From the NCBI GenBank assembly GCA_022448985.1, contig JAKVCR010000001.1, forward strand, positions 4,217 through 68,216: a stretch of 64,000 nt of DNA, read 5' to 3'. Under the pieces are notes generated by a model. That model worked only from the letters and a program-made list of their open reading frames with translations. It was not told the origin of the DNA and did no database searches. The DNA is from Roseibacillus sp. (GTDB taxonomy: Bacteria > Verrucomicrobiota > Verrucomicrobiia > Verrucomicrobiales > Akkermansiaceae). Shown here piece by piece: positions 27,941 through 37,221 of this stretch. The translations under genes were made by a program, and so were the position numbers. Every line of letters starts with the position of its first letter. Position 1 is the stretch's first letter.

Positions 27941-28702
27941 ATGAGACACCCTTCCTTCCTTCCGCGGGTCAGCCTGCATCGGCCGGGGTCTGACGCCCTG
28001 ACCCTTCTCACTCTTGCCCTTCTTGTGGTCCATGCGGTGGTGGTGATGCGTGGCGGAGTGACTGCTCTGGTGGTCGGGGGATTTTATGAGAGCGTTGGCC
28101 TGAGCCGTCCGGGAGTGCTGGCGGGTAAAGGGTGGCAGTTCCTCACCTATCTATTCTTTCACGGATCCTGGCTGCACCTGCTCCTGAACGCGCTGGTCAT
28201 TTATCTGATAGGCGGTCGCGTGCTGCACATTCTGGGAGCAAGGGCGTTCACCAGGATTTTTTTCGGAGGGATCCTGGGTGGTGGGCTCCTGCACGTTCTC
28301 CTTTCCCCGGTTTATCCTCTGGGAGAGGGAGTCACTCCGCCTCACCCGCCCCTGGTGGGAGCGTCCGGAGGAATGATGGCGCTCCTCATGGCCCTCGTCA
28401 GCCTTTCGCCTGATTCCCGGATGTGGCCCCTCATGGTCTCGGGCAAGAACCTCGGGCGGGGACTGATGTTCGCGACGCTCATTCTGTTCCTGCTGACTCC
28501 CGGCCTGAAGATTCCCGGCCTAGGAGCGGTCGGAGAGTGGCTGGCATTTAGTGGCGGAATGGCCCCCCTTTTTAAGGCAAGCCATATTTGCCATCTCGGT
28601 GGGGGGGTGATCGGAATGCTCTACGCGCATCGCCTGCTGCGCCCGGTCAGTTTGAAGGACCTGCAGCGCGACCGGAAGCGGCGGGAAGAAGCCGGGGGTT
28701 GA
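27941..28702 (+). CDS. rhomboid-family intramembrane serine protease
   Basis: Motifs are HGSWLHLLLNALVIYLIGG, the catalytic GASGGMMAL, and a later H in a TM segment (ICHLGG). The start is uncertain (TTG 27878 or ATG 27941). Confidence 0.78.
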   Translation: MRHPSFLPRVSLHRPGSDALTLLTLALLVVHAVVVMRGGVTALVVGGFYESVGLSRPGVLAGKGWQFLTYLFFHGSWLHLLLNALVIYLIGGRVLHILGARAFTRIFFGGILGGGLLHVLLSPVYPLGEGVTPPHPPLVGASGGMMALLMALVSLSPDSRMWPLMVSGKNLGRGLMFATLILFLLTPGLKIPGLGAVGEWLAFSGGMAPLFKASHICHLGGGVIGMLYAHRLLRPVSLKDLQRDRKRREEAGG

Positions 28703-28737
28703 CTCAGGAGACGACCGATCAGGCAAGCCCTACGGCT

Positions 28738-29358
28738 CTAGCGCTTTGACTTTGAGGGAGCGGTTTTGGAGGGCGGACTCGGCTTGCTCGGGGCTTCACT
28801 GGTTTTGGAGGACGGCTTCGGGGAGGGAGTGGCGGGCCTTGTTCTCTCGGGTCTTCCAGGGGAAGGACGGGACGGGGTCGTTGAGCGGGGTTTTGCAGGA
28901 CCTGAGGAGTAGGACTTAGGCGGATTACTTCGAGAGGCGGAACGGGAGGAACCGGGATTGCGCGGACGGGGGGATGTGGGGATGTCGTCCGCGGAGGAAC
29001 CCGGCAGTTTACGGTAGCGCCCGCGGTCGCTATCTGCAGCGTGACTGTCGCGATGGTGTGACCGACGGCCATCGTGGCCGTGGAGAGGCTTCGTATAATT
29101 GCGATAGTAGGTGTGGTAGTGGGTCCGGTGCCCCCCCCGGCAGGGATAGTGACTGCAGTGCGAACAGCGCGTATGGCGGTAGCGATAGTGGTTATTGTGG
29201 ATGCCAATGTAATAGTCACTGAAGAATCCACGGTGGTAGCCGCCGTGGTAGTGATCGACCGGTCCCCCGTAGTGGGCGGAGGCGTAGGGGTCGTAGACAC
29301 AGGAACTGAGAAGGGCGGCACAGAGCAGCGCGAGGAACAGCGGAAGGGAGCGTTTCAT
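28738..29358 (-). CDS. His/Tyr/Arg-rich putative lipoprotein with Ser/Pro/Lys-rich tail
   Basis: MKRSLPLFLALLCAALLSSC is a signal with an LSSC lipobox. The next ~110 aa are packed with H, Y and R and include CSHCSHYPC. A disordered SP(K/R)-rich tail follows. ATG 29358. Confidence 0.55.
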   Translation of the reverse strand: MKRSLPLFLALLCAALLSSCVYDPYASAHYGGPVDHYHGGYHRGFFSDYYIGIHNNHYRYRHTRCSHCSHYPCRGGHRTHYHTYYRNYTKPLHGHDGRRSHHRDSHAADSDRGRYRKLPGSSADDIPTSPRPRNPGSSRSASRSNPPKSYSSGPAKPRSTTPSRPSPGRPERTRPATPSPKPSSKTSEAPSKPSPPSKTAPSKSKR

Positions 29359-29632
29359 GGTTCTTGGACGGGGAGTATTCATACTCTATTCGGGGAAAGC
29401 CGGGTCCGGCAACCCGGGAGGCGGGGCCATGCAGTGAACGGAATTCCCCTTCTCAGATCGGTGGGAAAGCCCATGTTTCGCAGGATTCCGGAATTTCGCC
29501 ACAATAGTGGGGTTATCCGAAGCCTCGGGAGCTGGTTTGTGGAGTTGAGAATACAATGTGGTTACAAATCCTTGCGTTGGCCTTGGAAACTCCTATGGTT
29601 GGGAGCAGAAACTCGTGAGGAGATAGACAGCT

Positions 29633-30346
29633 GTGCGCGCGAACCCACTACCACAAATTTCACCCCTGCCTCCTCCGCGGCGGAGGGCAGGCTTCACCTT
29701 GGTTGAGATCATGACCGTAATGATGGTTATTGCTATTCTTATCTCGGTTGCCGCGGTTGGTATCCAGAGCATTGACCGGGGCCAGGCCACAACTACCGCG
29801 GCTTCCGTCACGGAGGCCCTTTTTGATGAAGCCCGCAGCGTTGCCGTGGGCCGGGGAATTCGCGCCCGGCTTCTCATTCACAAAGAGCTGAACGATGCAG
29901 AAGAGGAGGATCGCCAGCGCTATCTCTCCTACATGTGCGTGGCGGTGGAGGGAACGGACCAAGGAGGAGAAGTCCAGGGCGGCGGATGGGAGGTCATCAC
30001 ACGTGGCACGAAGCTTCCCGCCGGCGTATTCTTCAGTGTAGAAGAGAGTGAGAGAGTTGCCGATGCGATTGATGTAGGCAAGCCGGGGACGATGAGGATT
30101 AAGCTTCCCGGCTTGGATGAGTTCAAGGAGTGCTACTACTTTGAGTTCAACCCTGAGGGCGTCTGTGTCGATAGCGAGAATGCCGCGGGGCAGCCAGGCG
30201 CAGCGGTCGTCCTCATCAGCGGGGCGCGTCCCAAGGGCCAGGAAGAACCCAAGCTTCTGAAGAACAACAAGGTGGGCTTCGTCGTCTGGCGCAATGGCCG
30301 GACCTCCATTTTCCGTAGTCCCGAACAGATTGATCTTGCGCGATGA
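29633..30346 (+). CDS. prepilin-type N-terminal cleavage/methylation-domain protein (pseudopilin-like) 1
   Basis: RRRAG|FTLVEIMTVMMVIAILISVAA is the classic G/FTLxE class III signal plus a hydrophobic helix. GTG start. Confidence 0.75.
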   Translation: MRANPLPQISPLPPPRRRAGFTLVEIMTVMMVIAILISVAAVGIQSIDRGQATTTAASVTEALFDEARSVAVGRGIRARLLIHKELNDAEEEDRQRYLSYMCVAVEGTDQGGEVQGGGWEVITRGTKLPAGVFFSVEESERVADAIDVGKPGTMRIKLPGLDEFKECYYFEFNPEGVCVDSENAAGQPGAAVVLISGARPKGQEEPKLLKNNKVGFVVWRNGRTSIFRSPEQIDLAR

Positions 30347-31098
30347 ACACAATTTTCGCCCAGCCCGCTCGTCCCAGTCGCCGCGGATTCACGCTCATGG
30401 AGACCGTGATTGCGATCGGTGTGGTGGCCGTTCTGCTCACGACTTTCCTGGCGGTCTTCGGACCGGCCTCCTCAAGTATCCGGCGAGCTCTCAGTGCCCA
30501 GGAAGCGGGTCGCCTGACCACCTCCCTGGAGAGGGAACTGAGGACGCTGCGGGTCGGTCCTGATGACGCCTATGAGAATTCCTTTCACAAGGCCTTTGAG
30601 TGGATCCGGGATTCCGGCAAGCCGGAAAAGGCCGTTCTGGTCTACAATTACCGGGGTGATCCCAAGACAATCCGGGAAGACGCATCGCTTGAACCGTTCG
30701 CCCTCCAGACCGGGCAGTCCGGCCGTGATTTCATCCTCCAGCCCGCCGTTCGCCGGAGGGGAGATGCGGCAAACGATCTCAGGGCCGATCTTGAGAAGGT
30801 GGATGGGCGGGTTTACCTCGTCCGGATGACCCAGATGATCTTTGACGATGCCCAGGATCCCGTCCTCATCCCGGGCACCCATGGCGAGATCAAGAACATG
30901 CATTCTCATGATCCGATCGATAATGTGATTTCCTATCCTGGCGCCATCATCGCCTATACTGCTGACTTTTACGCGTTGAAGAGCAACAGCTGGGACTACA
31001 TCCAGCGATTGGACCTCAGTGATACCGATCCTGAGGATGGCAATCCCGACTCACTGGGTAAGCCTCTCTTCTCCCGTAACCTTGGTGTGCGCCGCTAA
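30343..31098 (+). CDS. prepilin-type N-terminal cleavage/methylation-domain protein (pseudopilin-like) 2
   Basis: SRRG|FTLMETVIAIGVVAVLLTTFLAVF. ATGA overlap with the upstream gene. Confidence 0.75.
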   Translation: MNTIFAQPARPSRRGFTLMETVIAIGVVAVLLTTFLAVFGPASSSIRRALSAQEAGRLTTSLERELRTLRVGPDDAYENSFHKAFEWIRDSGKPEKAVLVYNYRGDPKTIREDASLEPFALQTGQSGRDFILQPAVRRRGDAANDLRADLEKVDGRVYLVRMTQMIFDDAQDPVLIPGTHGEIKNMHSHDPIDNVISYPGAIIAYTADFYALKSNSWDYIQRLDLSDTDPEDGNPDSLGKPLFSRNLGVRR

Positions 31099-31123
31099 CC
31101 AGACCCCTCCACCGTTCCCAGCC

Positions 31124-32062
31124 ATGACCATTTCTCTTCTCCCAAAGCGCCCCAGGCGTGGATTTACCCTGGCCGAATTGATGGTGGCGATGGCGATCAC
31201 CGTCATTCTCCTTACCCTTCTGGTGTCCGTGACGGCGGTGGCCCTTGATGGGTGGCGGGTCAGTCGGAACAAGGTCAGGGCGGCCCGGCAAGCCAAGGCA
31301 TCTCTCGATCAGATGAGCCGGGATTTCGAGGCCATGGTTCTCCGGACCGGGACTAATTTCGAGTGGCTTTATACCGAGACTGATCCGGACGCCCCCGGTC
31401 CGAACGATAATGAAAGCCCGAATGCTGCCCGTATTCTCATGTTTTCTGCGGTTACCGATCGTTATGACGGAGAGGTCGAGGGACCGGCCGACAAGGGCGG
31501 GGACGTCACGGGTCTGAGCTACAAGCTGCTCTACAAGGATCCCATCACTGCTGACTACGGCGATAAATTCAGTGTCTTTGCCCTCTACCGCCAACTGGTG
31601 GATCCGGACGAGACATTCGAAGTGCTTCTTGAGCATGATCCGGTCAATCCGAAGGATCTCGATACGAAGTTTCAGCGCTACAAGGACGATCTCGGTGATT
31701 CGAGTAACTTCGTCTGTGAAAACATCTTTGAACTGACGGTGGTCTTTACGGTGGAATACACCGAGCTGGTTGCCCAGCGGCTGGTCACAAGGATCGAGCG
31801 TATACCCATCATCGAAACCGGAGGCGAGGACGCAGCCGAGGCCTTCAGCTTCACGGGCAATGGTATCAAGGTGAATGATGCCGAAAATGTTCCGTTCAAA
31901 CGCGGGCGGATCTCGGCGGTGGATCTCAGTATCACGGTTCTTACCGACAAGGGGATCGCCCAGTTGCGCAAGGGAAACAACTTCAGCGGGTCGGCCCTGG
32001 AGAGTTTCCTTTCCAAGAATTCCTACCAATACTCCAAGACCATTCTCCTGCCCCAGCCCTAG
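31124..32062 (+). CDS. prepilin-type N-terminal cleavage/methylation-domain protein (pseudopilin-like) 3
   Basis: PRRG|FTLAELMVAMAITVILLTLLVSV. ATG 31124 lies 25 nt after the previous stop. Confidence 0.75.
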   Translation: MTISLLPKRPRRGFTLAELMVAMAITVILLTLLVSVTAVALDGWRVSRNKVRAARQAKASLDQMSRDFEAMVLRTGTNFEWLYTETDPDAPGPNDNESPNAARILMFSAVTDRYDGEVEGPADKGGDVTGLSYKLLYKDPITADYGDKFSVFALYRQLVDPDETFEVLLEHDPVNPKDLDTKFQRYKDDLGDSSNFVCENIFELTVVFTVEYTELVAQRLVTRIERIPIIETGGEDAAEAFSFTGNGIKVNDAENVPFKRGRISAVDLSITVLTDKGIAQLRKGNNFSGSALESFLSKNSYQYSKTILLPQP

Positions 32063-32106
32063 GACGACGATCGTTCAAGGTTCCCCGCCCTAAAGGCCGA
32101 ACAAAG

Positions 32107-32131
32107 CGCCCGGACCCTCCGGGCGTTTTTT
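32107..32131 (+). terminator. Rho-independent terminator after the pseudopilin operon
   Basis: 7-bp GC stem cgcccgg / ccgggcg (32107-32113 / 32119-32125), 5-nt loop, then tttttt. Confidence 0.7.
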
Positions 32132-32210
32132 GGTTTGGGTGAAAACATGTTGGCTTTGCGACTTTCCCTCTTGTCGTTGGGTGGGGTTTGCTTCCACCCT
32201 GCCGATCATC

Positions 32211-33725
32211 ATGGGAATCAATGCTCTTGCACTCCTGGCCGAGGCTAGCTCCGGGGCGGAAGATAACACCTTCCGCCTGGTCTCCGTTCTCGTCCTGTCC
32301 ATCGTCCTTATCCTGGTCCTGATTCTGGCCTTCCGGGTGCAGGCCTTCGTGAGCCTGCTCCTGGCAGCGATCTTCGTCGGGATCGCCTCGGGGACGATGG
32401 AGCTCATCGAGGTGGGGGACACCATTAAGGTCGGGATGGGTGGTGCCCTCGGGTTCATTGCCACCATCATCGGGCTGGGGGCGATCTTCGGCCAGATGAT
32501 TGAGCACTCGGGCGGGGCGCAGAGCCTTGCCAACGGGATGCTCAAGGCCTTCGGGGAAAAGCGGGCCAACTGGGCCATGCTGCTCACCGGGTTTCTCATT
32601 TCCATCCCCGTTTTCCTTGATGTGGGGGTCGTGATCCTTGCCCCCATCATTTACGCCCTAGCGCGGAGGAGCGGGAAGTCTGTCCTCGTATTTGCCCTGC
32701 CGCTACTGGCGGGGATGGCGGTGACGCATGCCTTCGTGCCTCCCACCCCGGGACCGACCTTCGTCGCCTTCGCCCTGCAGGTTCCGCTGGGCTACGCTAT
32801 TCTCTGGGGAGTCCTGGTGGGCCTTCCCACTGCCCTGATTACCATCCCGATCTGCCGCTGGCTGGGAGAGAAGTTCCATATCGATCCTCCCGTTGCCGAT
32901 GGTGAGCTGGAGGAGAAGAGAGAGCCCGGCAACAGCACCCAGTTGCTGGGCATTCCCTCCGTGTGCACCATCCTCGCCATTCTGGGGGGGCCCATTCTCA
33001 TCATCGTGGTGGCTTCCTTCGTGGAGGGTTCAATTGCGGACGGGGTCCCGGAGTTCCTGGCCACCGAGGAAGGCAGGACGCTGACGGAGGGACTGGACAA
33101 GAAGAAGTCATTCGATACCGCCCTTGGAAGCCTGAAAGCGAAAGCCTCTACGCCGGCGCACGTCATTCTTTTTCTGGGGCATCCCATCATCGCCCTGCTC
33201 ATTGGTACCTGTGCGGCCATCTATGTTCTCGGTATGCGCCGGGGCGTTCGTGGAAATGCCCTCATGGAAGTAGCTACCAAGGCCCTGGGACCGGCCGGAA
33301 TCATCATCCTGGTGACCGGAGCGGGCGGGGTTTACAAGCAGATGCTGATCACCACCAAGGTGGGGGATGCGCTGGCTGATATCCTGCAGGGGTCAGGGCT
33401 GGGCCCTCTCATCCTGGCCTGGACGCTCACCACCATCATCCGGATTGCACAGGGCTCCGCTACCGTGGCGATGGTCACGGGGGCAGCCTTGATCAGCCCC
33501 TTCCTGGCAGCGGGTGACTATTCCACCTCCCAACTTGCGCTGGTTACGATTGCGATAGCGGCGGGTGCCACCGGCTTCGGGCACGTCAATGATAGCGGAT
33601 TCTGGATCGTAAACCGCTACTTCCACATGACCGAGCGGGAGACCCTGCTGACCTGGACTCCCATCCTGACCGTCATCTCAGTGGTGGGTTTGATCATGGC
33701 GTCCCTGCTCTGGATGGTAGTCTAG
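32211..33725 (+). CDS. GntP-family (gluconate:H+ symporter family) permease
   Basis: Polytopic membrane protein with GntP-like segments (..GMGGALGFIATIIGLGAIFG.., ..IILVTGAGGVYKQ.., ..IRIAQGSATVAM.., ..HVNDSGFW..). I chose ATG 32211. The substrate is not inferable. Confidence 0.8.
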   Translation: MGINALALLAEASSGAEDNTFRLVSVLVLSIVLILVLILAFRVQAFVSLLLAAIFVGIASGTMELIEVGDTIKVGMGGALGFIATIIGLGAIFGQMIEHSGGAQSLANGMLKAFGEKRANWAMLLTGFLISIPVFLDVGVVILAPIIYALARRSGKSVLVFALPLLAGMAVTHAFVPPTPGPTFVAFALQVPLGYAILWGVLVGLPTALITIPICRWLGEKFHIDPPVADGELEEKREPGNSTQLLGIPSVCTILAILGGPILIIVVASFVEGSIADGVPEFLATEEGRTLTEGLDKKKSFDTALGSLKAKASTPAHVILFLGHPIIALLIGTCAAIYVLGMRRGVRGNALMEVATKALGPAGIIILVTGAGGVYKQMLITTKVGDALADILQGSGLGPLILAWTLTTIIRIAQGSATVAMVTGAALISPFLAAGDYSTSQLALVTIAIAAGATGFGHVNDSGFWIVNRYFHMTERETLLTWTPILTVISVVGLIMASLLWMVV

Positions 33726-33816
33726 GAGTGGACACAGGGATCAAGTGATCCCGTTGCAGGGATGCTTGTTCCCGATCGGCAGGAGGTAGAGGTCCAGGCC
33801 GGGGGGCTTTGGCCTC

Positions 33817-35139
33817 CTACCCGAACAGCTTTGTGAGGGGCTGGCCACTCCGTGCCCCGAGCTTGAAGGGCCGTCGGCTGGGGGACATGATGGTCAGGTC
33901 GTGAGGCACTCCCATCGCGAATCCGATGGTAGCGTTGAAGTCCGGTCCGGTGACCGGGTTTTCCGACACATTGGAACCGGTCTTGTCGGTTTTTCCGTAA
34001 ACCTGACCCCCTTTGATCCCGCCCCCGGCGAGGAGGTAGGAAAAAGCCTTGGGGAAGTGGTTCCGCCCGGAACGTTCCTGCACGATCTTGGGAGTGCGCC
34101 CGAACTCGGTGGCCACCACCACGAGGGTGCTTTCGAGGAGTCCCTTCCCCTCGAGATCCTGCAGGAGGGCTGACAAGGCCTGGTCAAGGATGGGGAGTTT
34201 CTGCTCGCACTGGTCGAAGTTGTCATTGTGCCAGTCAAAGCCCCCGAGTTCGACGTCGATGAAGCGGACCCCGCGTTCCACCAGGCGGCGGGCGAGGAGA
34301 ACCCCCTTGGAGAAACTGTGGTCGCCGTAGGCGGCGTGGACCTTAGTGGTTTCCTTTTTCAGGTCGAAGGCCTCAAGGTCTTTGCTCTGCATGAGCTTGA
34401 CCGCCTCCTCAAAGACCTGGTTGTAGGCCCGCACGTTTTTCTGTCCCTTGTGGAACTGCTCGTCGAACTGCTTGTCCAGGAGCTGACGGAGAGCGAGTTG
34501 CTTGTTGAACTGGGTCTCGCTGACCTGACGGAGTCTCCGCACATTCTGCAGCCCGGAGTTAGCATCCCCAACAGGGAGCGGTGCATACTGGGGCTCGAAG
34601 AACCCGGCCGCCGGATGTCCATTGCCCGATCCCACGGTCACGAAGGATGGGAGGCTCTTGTTGGTCCGTTCCTTGAGCCGGGTGATCCAGGCCCCGTTGG
34701 AGGGGTGCACGATGGAAGCCCGCTGGGTGTAGCTGGTGCGCATGAAATAGCGTCCCGGTCCGTGGGCTCCCTGGGTGGAGGTCATGGAGCGGACGAGGGC
34801 GATCTTGTCCGCCTGTCCGGCCAGTTTGGACATGTAATGGCCGAGTCGCACGCCATCGGCCTTGGTCTTGATGGTTTCGGTCGGTCCCCGGAACTCATCG
34901 GGGGCCTCTGGCTTCGGATCGAAGGTGTCGAGGTGGGTCATGCCCCCGGACATGAAGAGGTAGATCACATTCTTGGCCTTGCCCCCACCCTCTGCCAGGG
35001 TGGCAGGGTCGGCAGCGTGGGCGGCCGGAGAAAAAAGCTCTGCGGCGCTTCCGGCGATGGTGACGCCCAGGCAGCCCCGGGCTGCGGAAGCCATGAAGGA
35101 GCGGCGGTCCAGTTCGTTGAGTTTGTTCGGGTCGGACAT
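33817..35139 (-). CDS. DUF1501 (sulfatase-fold) protein with twin-arginine signal
   Basis: The Tat motif is DRRSFMASAA. IYLFMSGGMTHLDTFDPKPEAP and ..EFGRTP.. are typical DUF1501 landmarks. Confidence 0.85.
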   Translation of the reverse strand: MSDPNKLNELDRRSFMASAARGCLGVTIAGSAAELFSPAAHAADPATLAEGGGKAKNVIYLFMSGGMTHLDTFDPKPEAPDEFRGPTETIKTKADGVRLGHYMSKLAGQADKIALVRSMTSTQGAHGPGRYFMRTSYTQRASIVHPSNGAWITRLKERTNKSLPSFVTVGSGNGHPAAGFFEPQYAPLPVGDANSGLQNVRRLRQVSETQFNKQLALRQLLDKQFDEQFHKGQKNVRAYNQVFEEAVKLMQSKDLEAFDLKKETTKVHAAYGDHSFSKGVLLARRLVERGVRFIDVELGGFDWHNDNFDQCEQKLPILDQALSALLQDLEGKGLLESTLVVVATEFGRTPKIVQERSGRNHFPKAFSYLLAGGGIKGGQVYGKTDKTGSNVSENPVTGPDFNATIGFAMGVPHDLTIMSPSRRPFKLGARSGQPLTKLFG

Positions 35140-35190
35140 GGTAAGTGGAATTGGGGTTTTCAGATACGGAATGGTCGTGAAGGAGCACCC

Positions 35191-37221
35191 TTATTGCACG
35201 AAGAGGTAGCGCTTGGAGGTGAGCATGGCCCGCGCGAGGGTGAAGATGTCCTCCCGGTCCCTGGCCAGGGGCAGGAGATCCTTCTTCTCGGCTTCGGAGG
35301 GGCGGCTGGCGTAGAAGGCCAGGAAAAGATACTCAAGGCGCTGTTCAGGATTGGTGATCTCCGCCAGTGCCTCGAAGACCTTCGATCGGCGGCTCTCCGT
35401 GCTGGCTGCAACCTGTCCGTTGAGCAGGGTGAGGGCCTGCGGAATGGTGGCGGCGGTGTGGGCCGCCTCCGGGGTGTTGCGGTCCGAACCGCCGAATTGC
35501 CGGACCAGATGACCAGCCTTGAAGGGGCTGGGGTGCTCGGAGGCCCGCATGTTGATCGCAGCCCGGGCCCCACCGCCGGAGCGGTTCATTACCGCGCTGC
35601 TCATGCCCATCTCCTCCTGTTTCCTTTTCCCCTCCCGGCGCAGGGCCTGCTGGCGCTGCTTGAGACGTTCGACTTCCTTGGTATTGCCCCCGGTCCTGGC
35701 CTTGTTCATGGCGATCTGCAGTTCCCGGTTCTTTCGCTGGTAGACTCGTCTCTGTTCTTCCATCTCCTTGGCTGCTTTGCCTGCCTCGAGGAGCTTGTTG
35801 GCAGAGAGGTTGAGGAGCTCGCGGATGTCACCCTGGTAGTTTTTCCATTTGTACTCCAGGGAGGTGTTGATGTTGTCGTCGGTGTTACCGAAGGCCAGCA
35901 CGGTGAAGGAATCATAGAGTTCCTCGGCCGACATCCGCCGGAGCTGGGGACCCACGAAATAGTAATCCGTGCCCGGGGTAGCCTCCACGGGTGACACCTG
36001 CCGCTGGAAGAGCCTGGTGTGGTAGAGAATCCGCTCAAAGTCACGGGTCCGGTAGTTCACCCCCTTCATCACTTTCGCAATGTAGGAGAGGACCTCCGGG
36101 TGGGAGCCTTTCAACTTGTCGCTCCAGTCATCGACCGGATCAACCAGGCCGTGACCGAAGGTGCGCCGCCAGAGCCGGTTGGCAATAACCTTGGTGAAAT
36201 AGGGGTTTTCGGTGGAGGTCACCCAGTCGGCAAAGACCCGGCGGCGATCTTCGGGCTTCACGTCCTTGACCTTGGCACCGAAGAGGGTGGCGGGTGCGAT
36301 TGCCTCGCCGGGATCAGCGTCCTCGTACTGGTAGTCGTCCGGTAGCTTGAGCTTCTGCTTGGAGGACTCATCGATCTCGTTCTGGTTGAAGTATCGGAGG
36401 AGGTAACGCATGTCGCCACTGATCCGCTTGTACATGCCCTTCTGGGCCTTCGCTTTTTCAGCCTTGTTCTTGTTCTTGAGAGACCGGGTCATGCGGGGAT
36501 GATTTTTCTTCGCCTGTTCCGCCACCTTGCTGATGGCCTTACGCGCTTCCTCGCTGCGATAGGCGATCCCTCCGCTGAAGGCCGCCATCTCGTAATATTC
36601 CATCTGGGTCCACTTGTCGAAGGGGTGGTCGTGGCACTGGGCACAGCCGATCTGGTGGCCGAGGAAGACCTGTACCGTGTTGCTGACGTTATCGAGAAGC
36701 ATGCCGCGGTCGCGGAGGTAGTACCCTACCGCGGGGTTCTTTGAAGTATGGCCCTCCGCGGAGAGCATTTCGTGGACGATCCTGTTCCAGGGCTTGTCGG
36801 AGGCCAGGGAGTTGCGCAGCCAGACGTGCCAGCCCAGCCCATACTGTTGGTCAGTGGTCTGGAGTCGGAGGAGGTCGGCGAAGTAATTGAAGGCCGAACT
36901 GTCGTAGCCGGGAGAGGAGATCAGGTGCTCGATCAGGCGCGCGCGCTTGTCAGGCCTTTTGTCATCAAGGAACCGGGATGTTTCCATCGCGGTGGGAATC
37001 CGGCCCACGATGTTGAGGTAGGTCCGCCGCACGAAGACATCTTCGGCGATAATCGGAAGCGGCTGCAACTTGCGGGCCTTGAGGTCCTTCTCCAGCAATT
37101 GATCGATGGTGGAGGCCACCCGGAGAACTTCCTGCAGTTCAAGGGGCTTGGTGCGGGGAGCCGCCTCTGTAAGGAGAACCGTCGAGCCGAGGGCCAGAAG
37201 GGTCGCAACAATGTGCTTCAT
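35191..37221 (-). CDS. DUF1549/DUF1553 domain protein (PSD1-like)
   Basis: Signal peptide from ATG 37221. The hallmark GCAQCHDHPFDKW motif of DUF1549 is present, and the C-terminal part is DUF1553-like. There are two Lys/Arg-rich coiled-coil inserts. Confidence 0.85.
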   Translation of the reverse strand: MKHIVATLLALGSTVLLTEAAPRTKPLELQEVLRVASTIDQLLEKDLKARKLQPLPIIAEDVFVRRTYLNIVGRIPTAMETSRFLDDKRPDKRARLIEHLISSPGYDSSAFNYFADLLRLQTTDQQYGLGWHVWLRNSLASDKPWNRIVHEMLSAEGHTSKNPAVGYYLRDRGMLLDNVSNTVQVFLGHQIGCAQCHDHPFDKWTQMEYYEMAAFSGGIAYRSEEARKAISKVAEQAKKNHPRMTRSLKNKNKAEKAKAQKGMYKRISGDMRYLLRYFNQNEIDESSKQKLKLPDDYQYEDADPGEAIAPATLFGAKVKDVKPEDRRRVFADWVTSTENPYFTKVIANRLWRRTFGHGLVDPVDDWSDKLKGSHPEVLSYIAKVMKGVNYRTRDFERILYHTRLFQRQVSPVEATPGTDYYFVGPQLRRMSAEELYDSFTVLAFGNTDDNINTSLEYKWKNYQGDIRELLNLSANKLLEAGKAAKEMEEQRRVYQRKNRELQIAMNKARTGGNTKEVERLKQRQQALRREGKRKQEEMGMSSAVMNRSGGGARAAINMRASEHPSPFKAGHLVRQFGGSDRNTPEAAHTAATIPQALTLLNGQVAASTESRRSKVFEALAEITNPEQRLEYLFLAFYASRPSEAEKKDLLPLARDREDIFTLARAMLTSKRYLFVQ

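Noticed and set aside
28719-29321. 200-aa Thr/Pro-rich ORF overlapping the His-rich lipoprotein in another frame
   Set aside because: It has no signal peptide or start context. The 28738..29358 frame has a clean lipoprotein signal. I keep this as a caveat because both frames are low-complexity.
29633-32062. Possible type II secretion or type IV pilus locus
   Set aside because: Only pseudopilin-like genes are present. No ATPase, platform, secretin or prepilin peptidase is in the window, so I do not call it a secretion system.
34228-35994. 588-aa ORF on the plus strand
   Set aside because: It lies entirely antisense to the well-supported DUF1501 and DUF1553 genes. Its translation is low-complexity and Gly/Val/Leu/Glu-rich, as expected for a stop-free antisense frame in GC-rich DNA.
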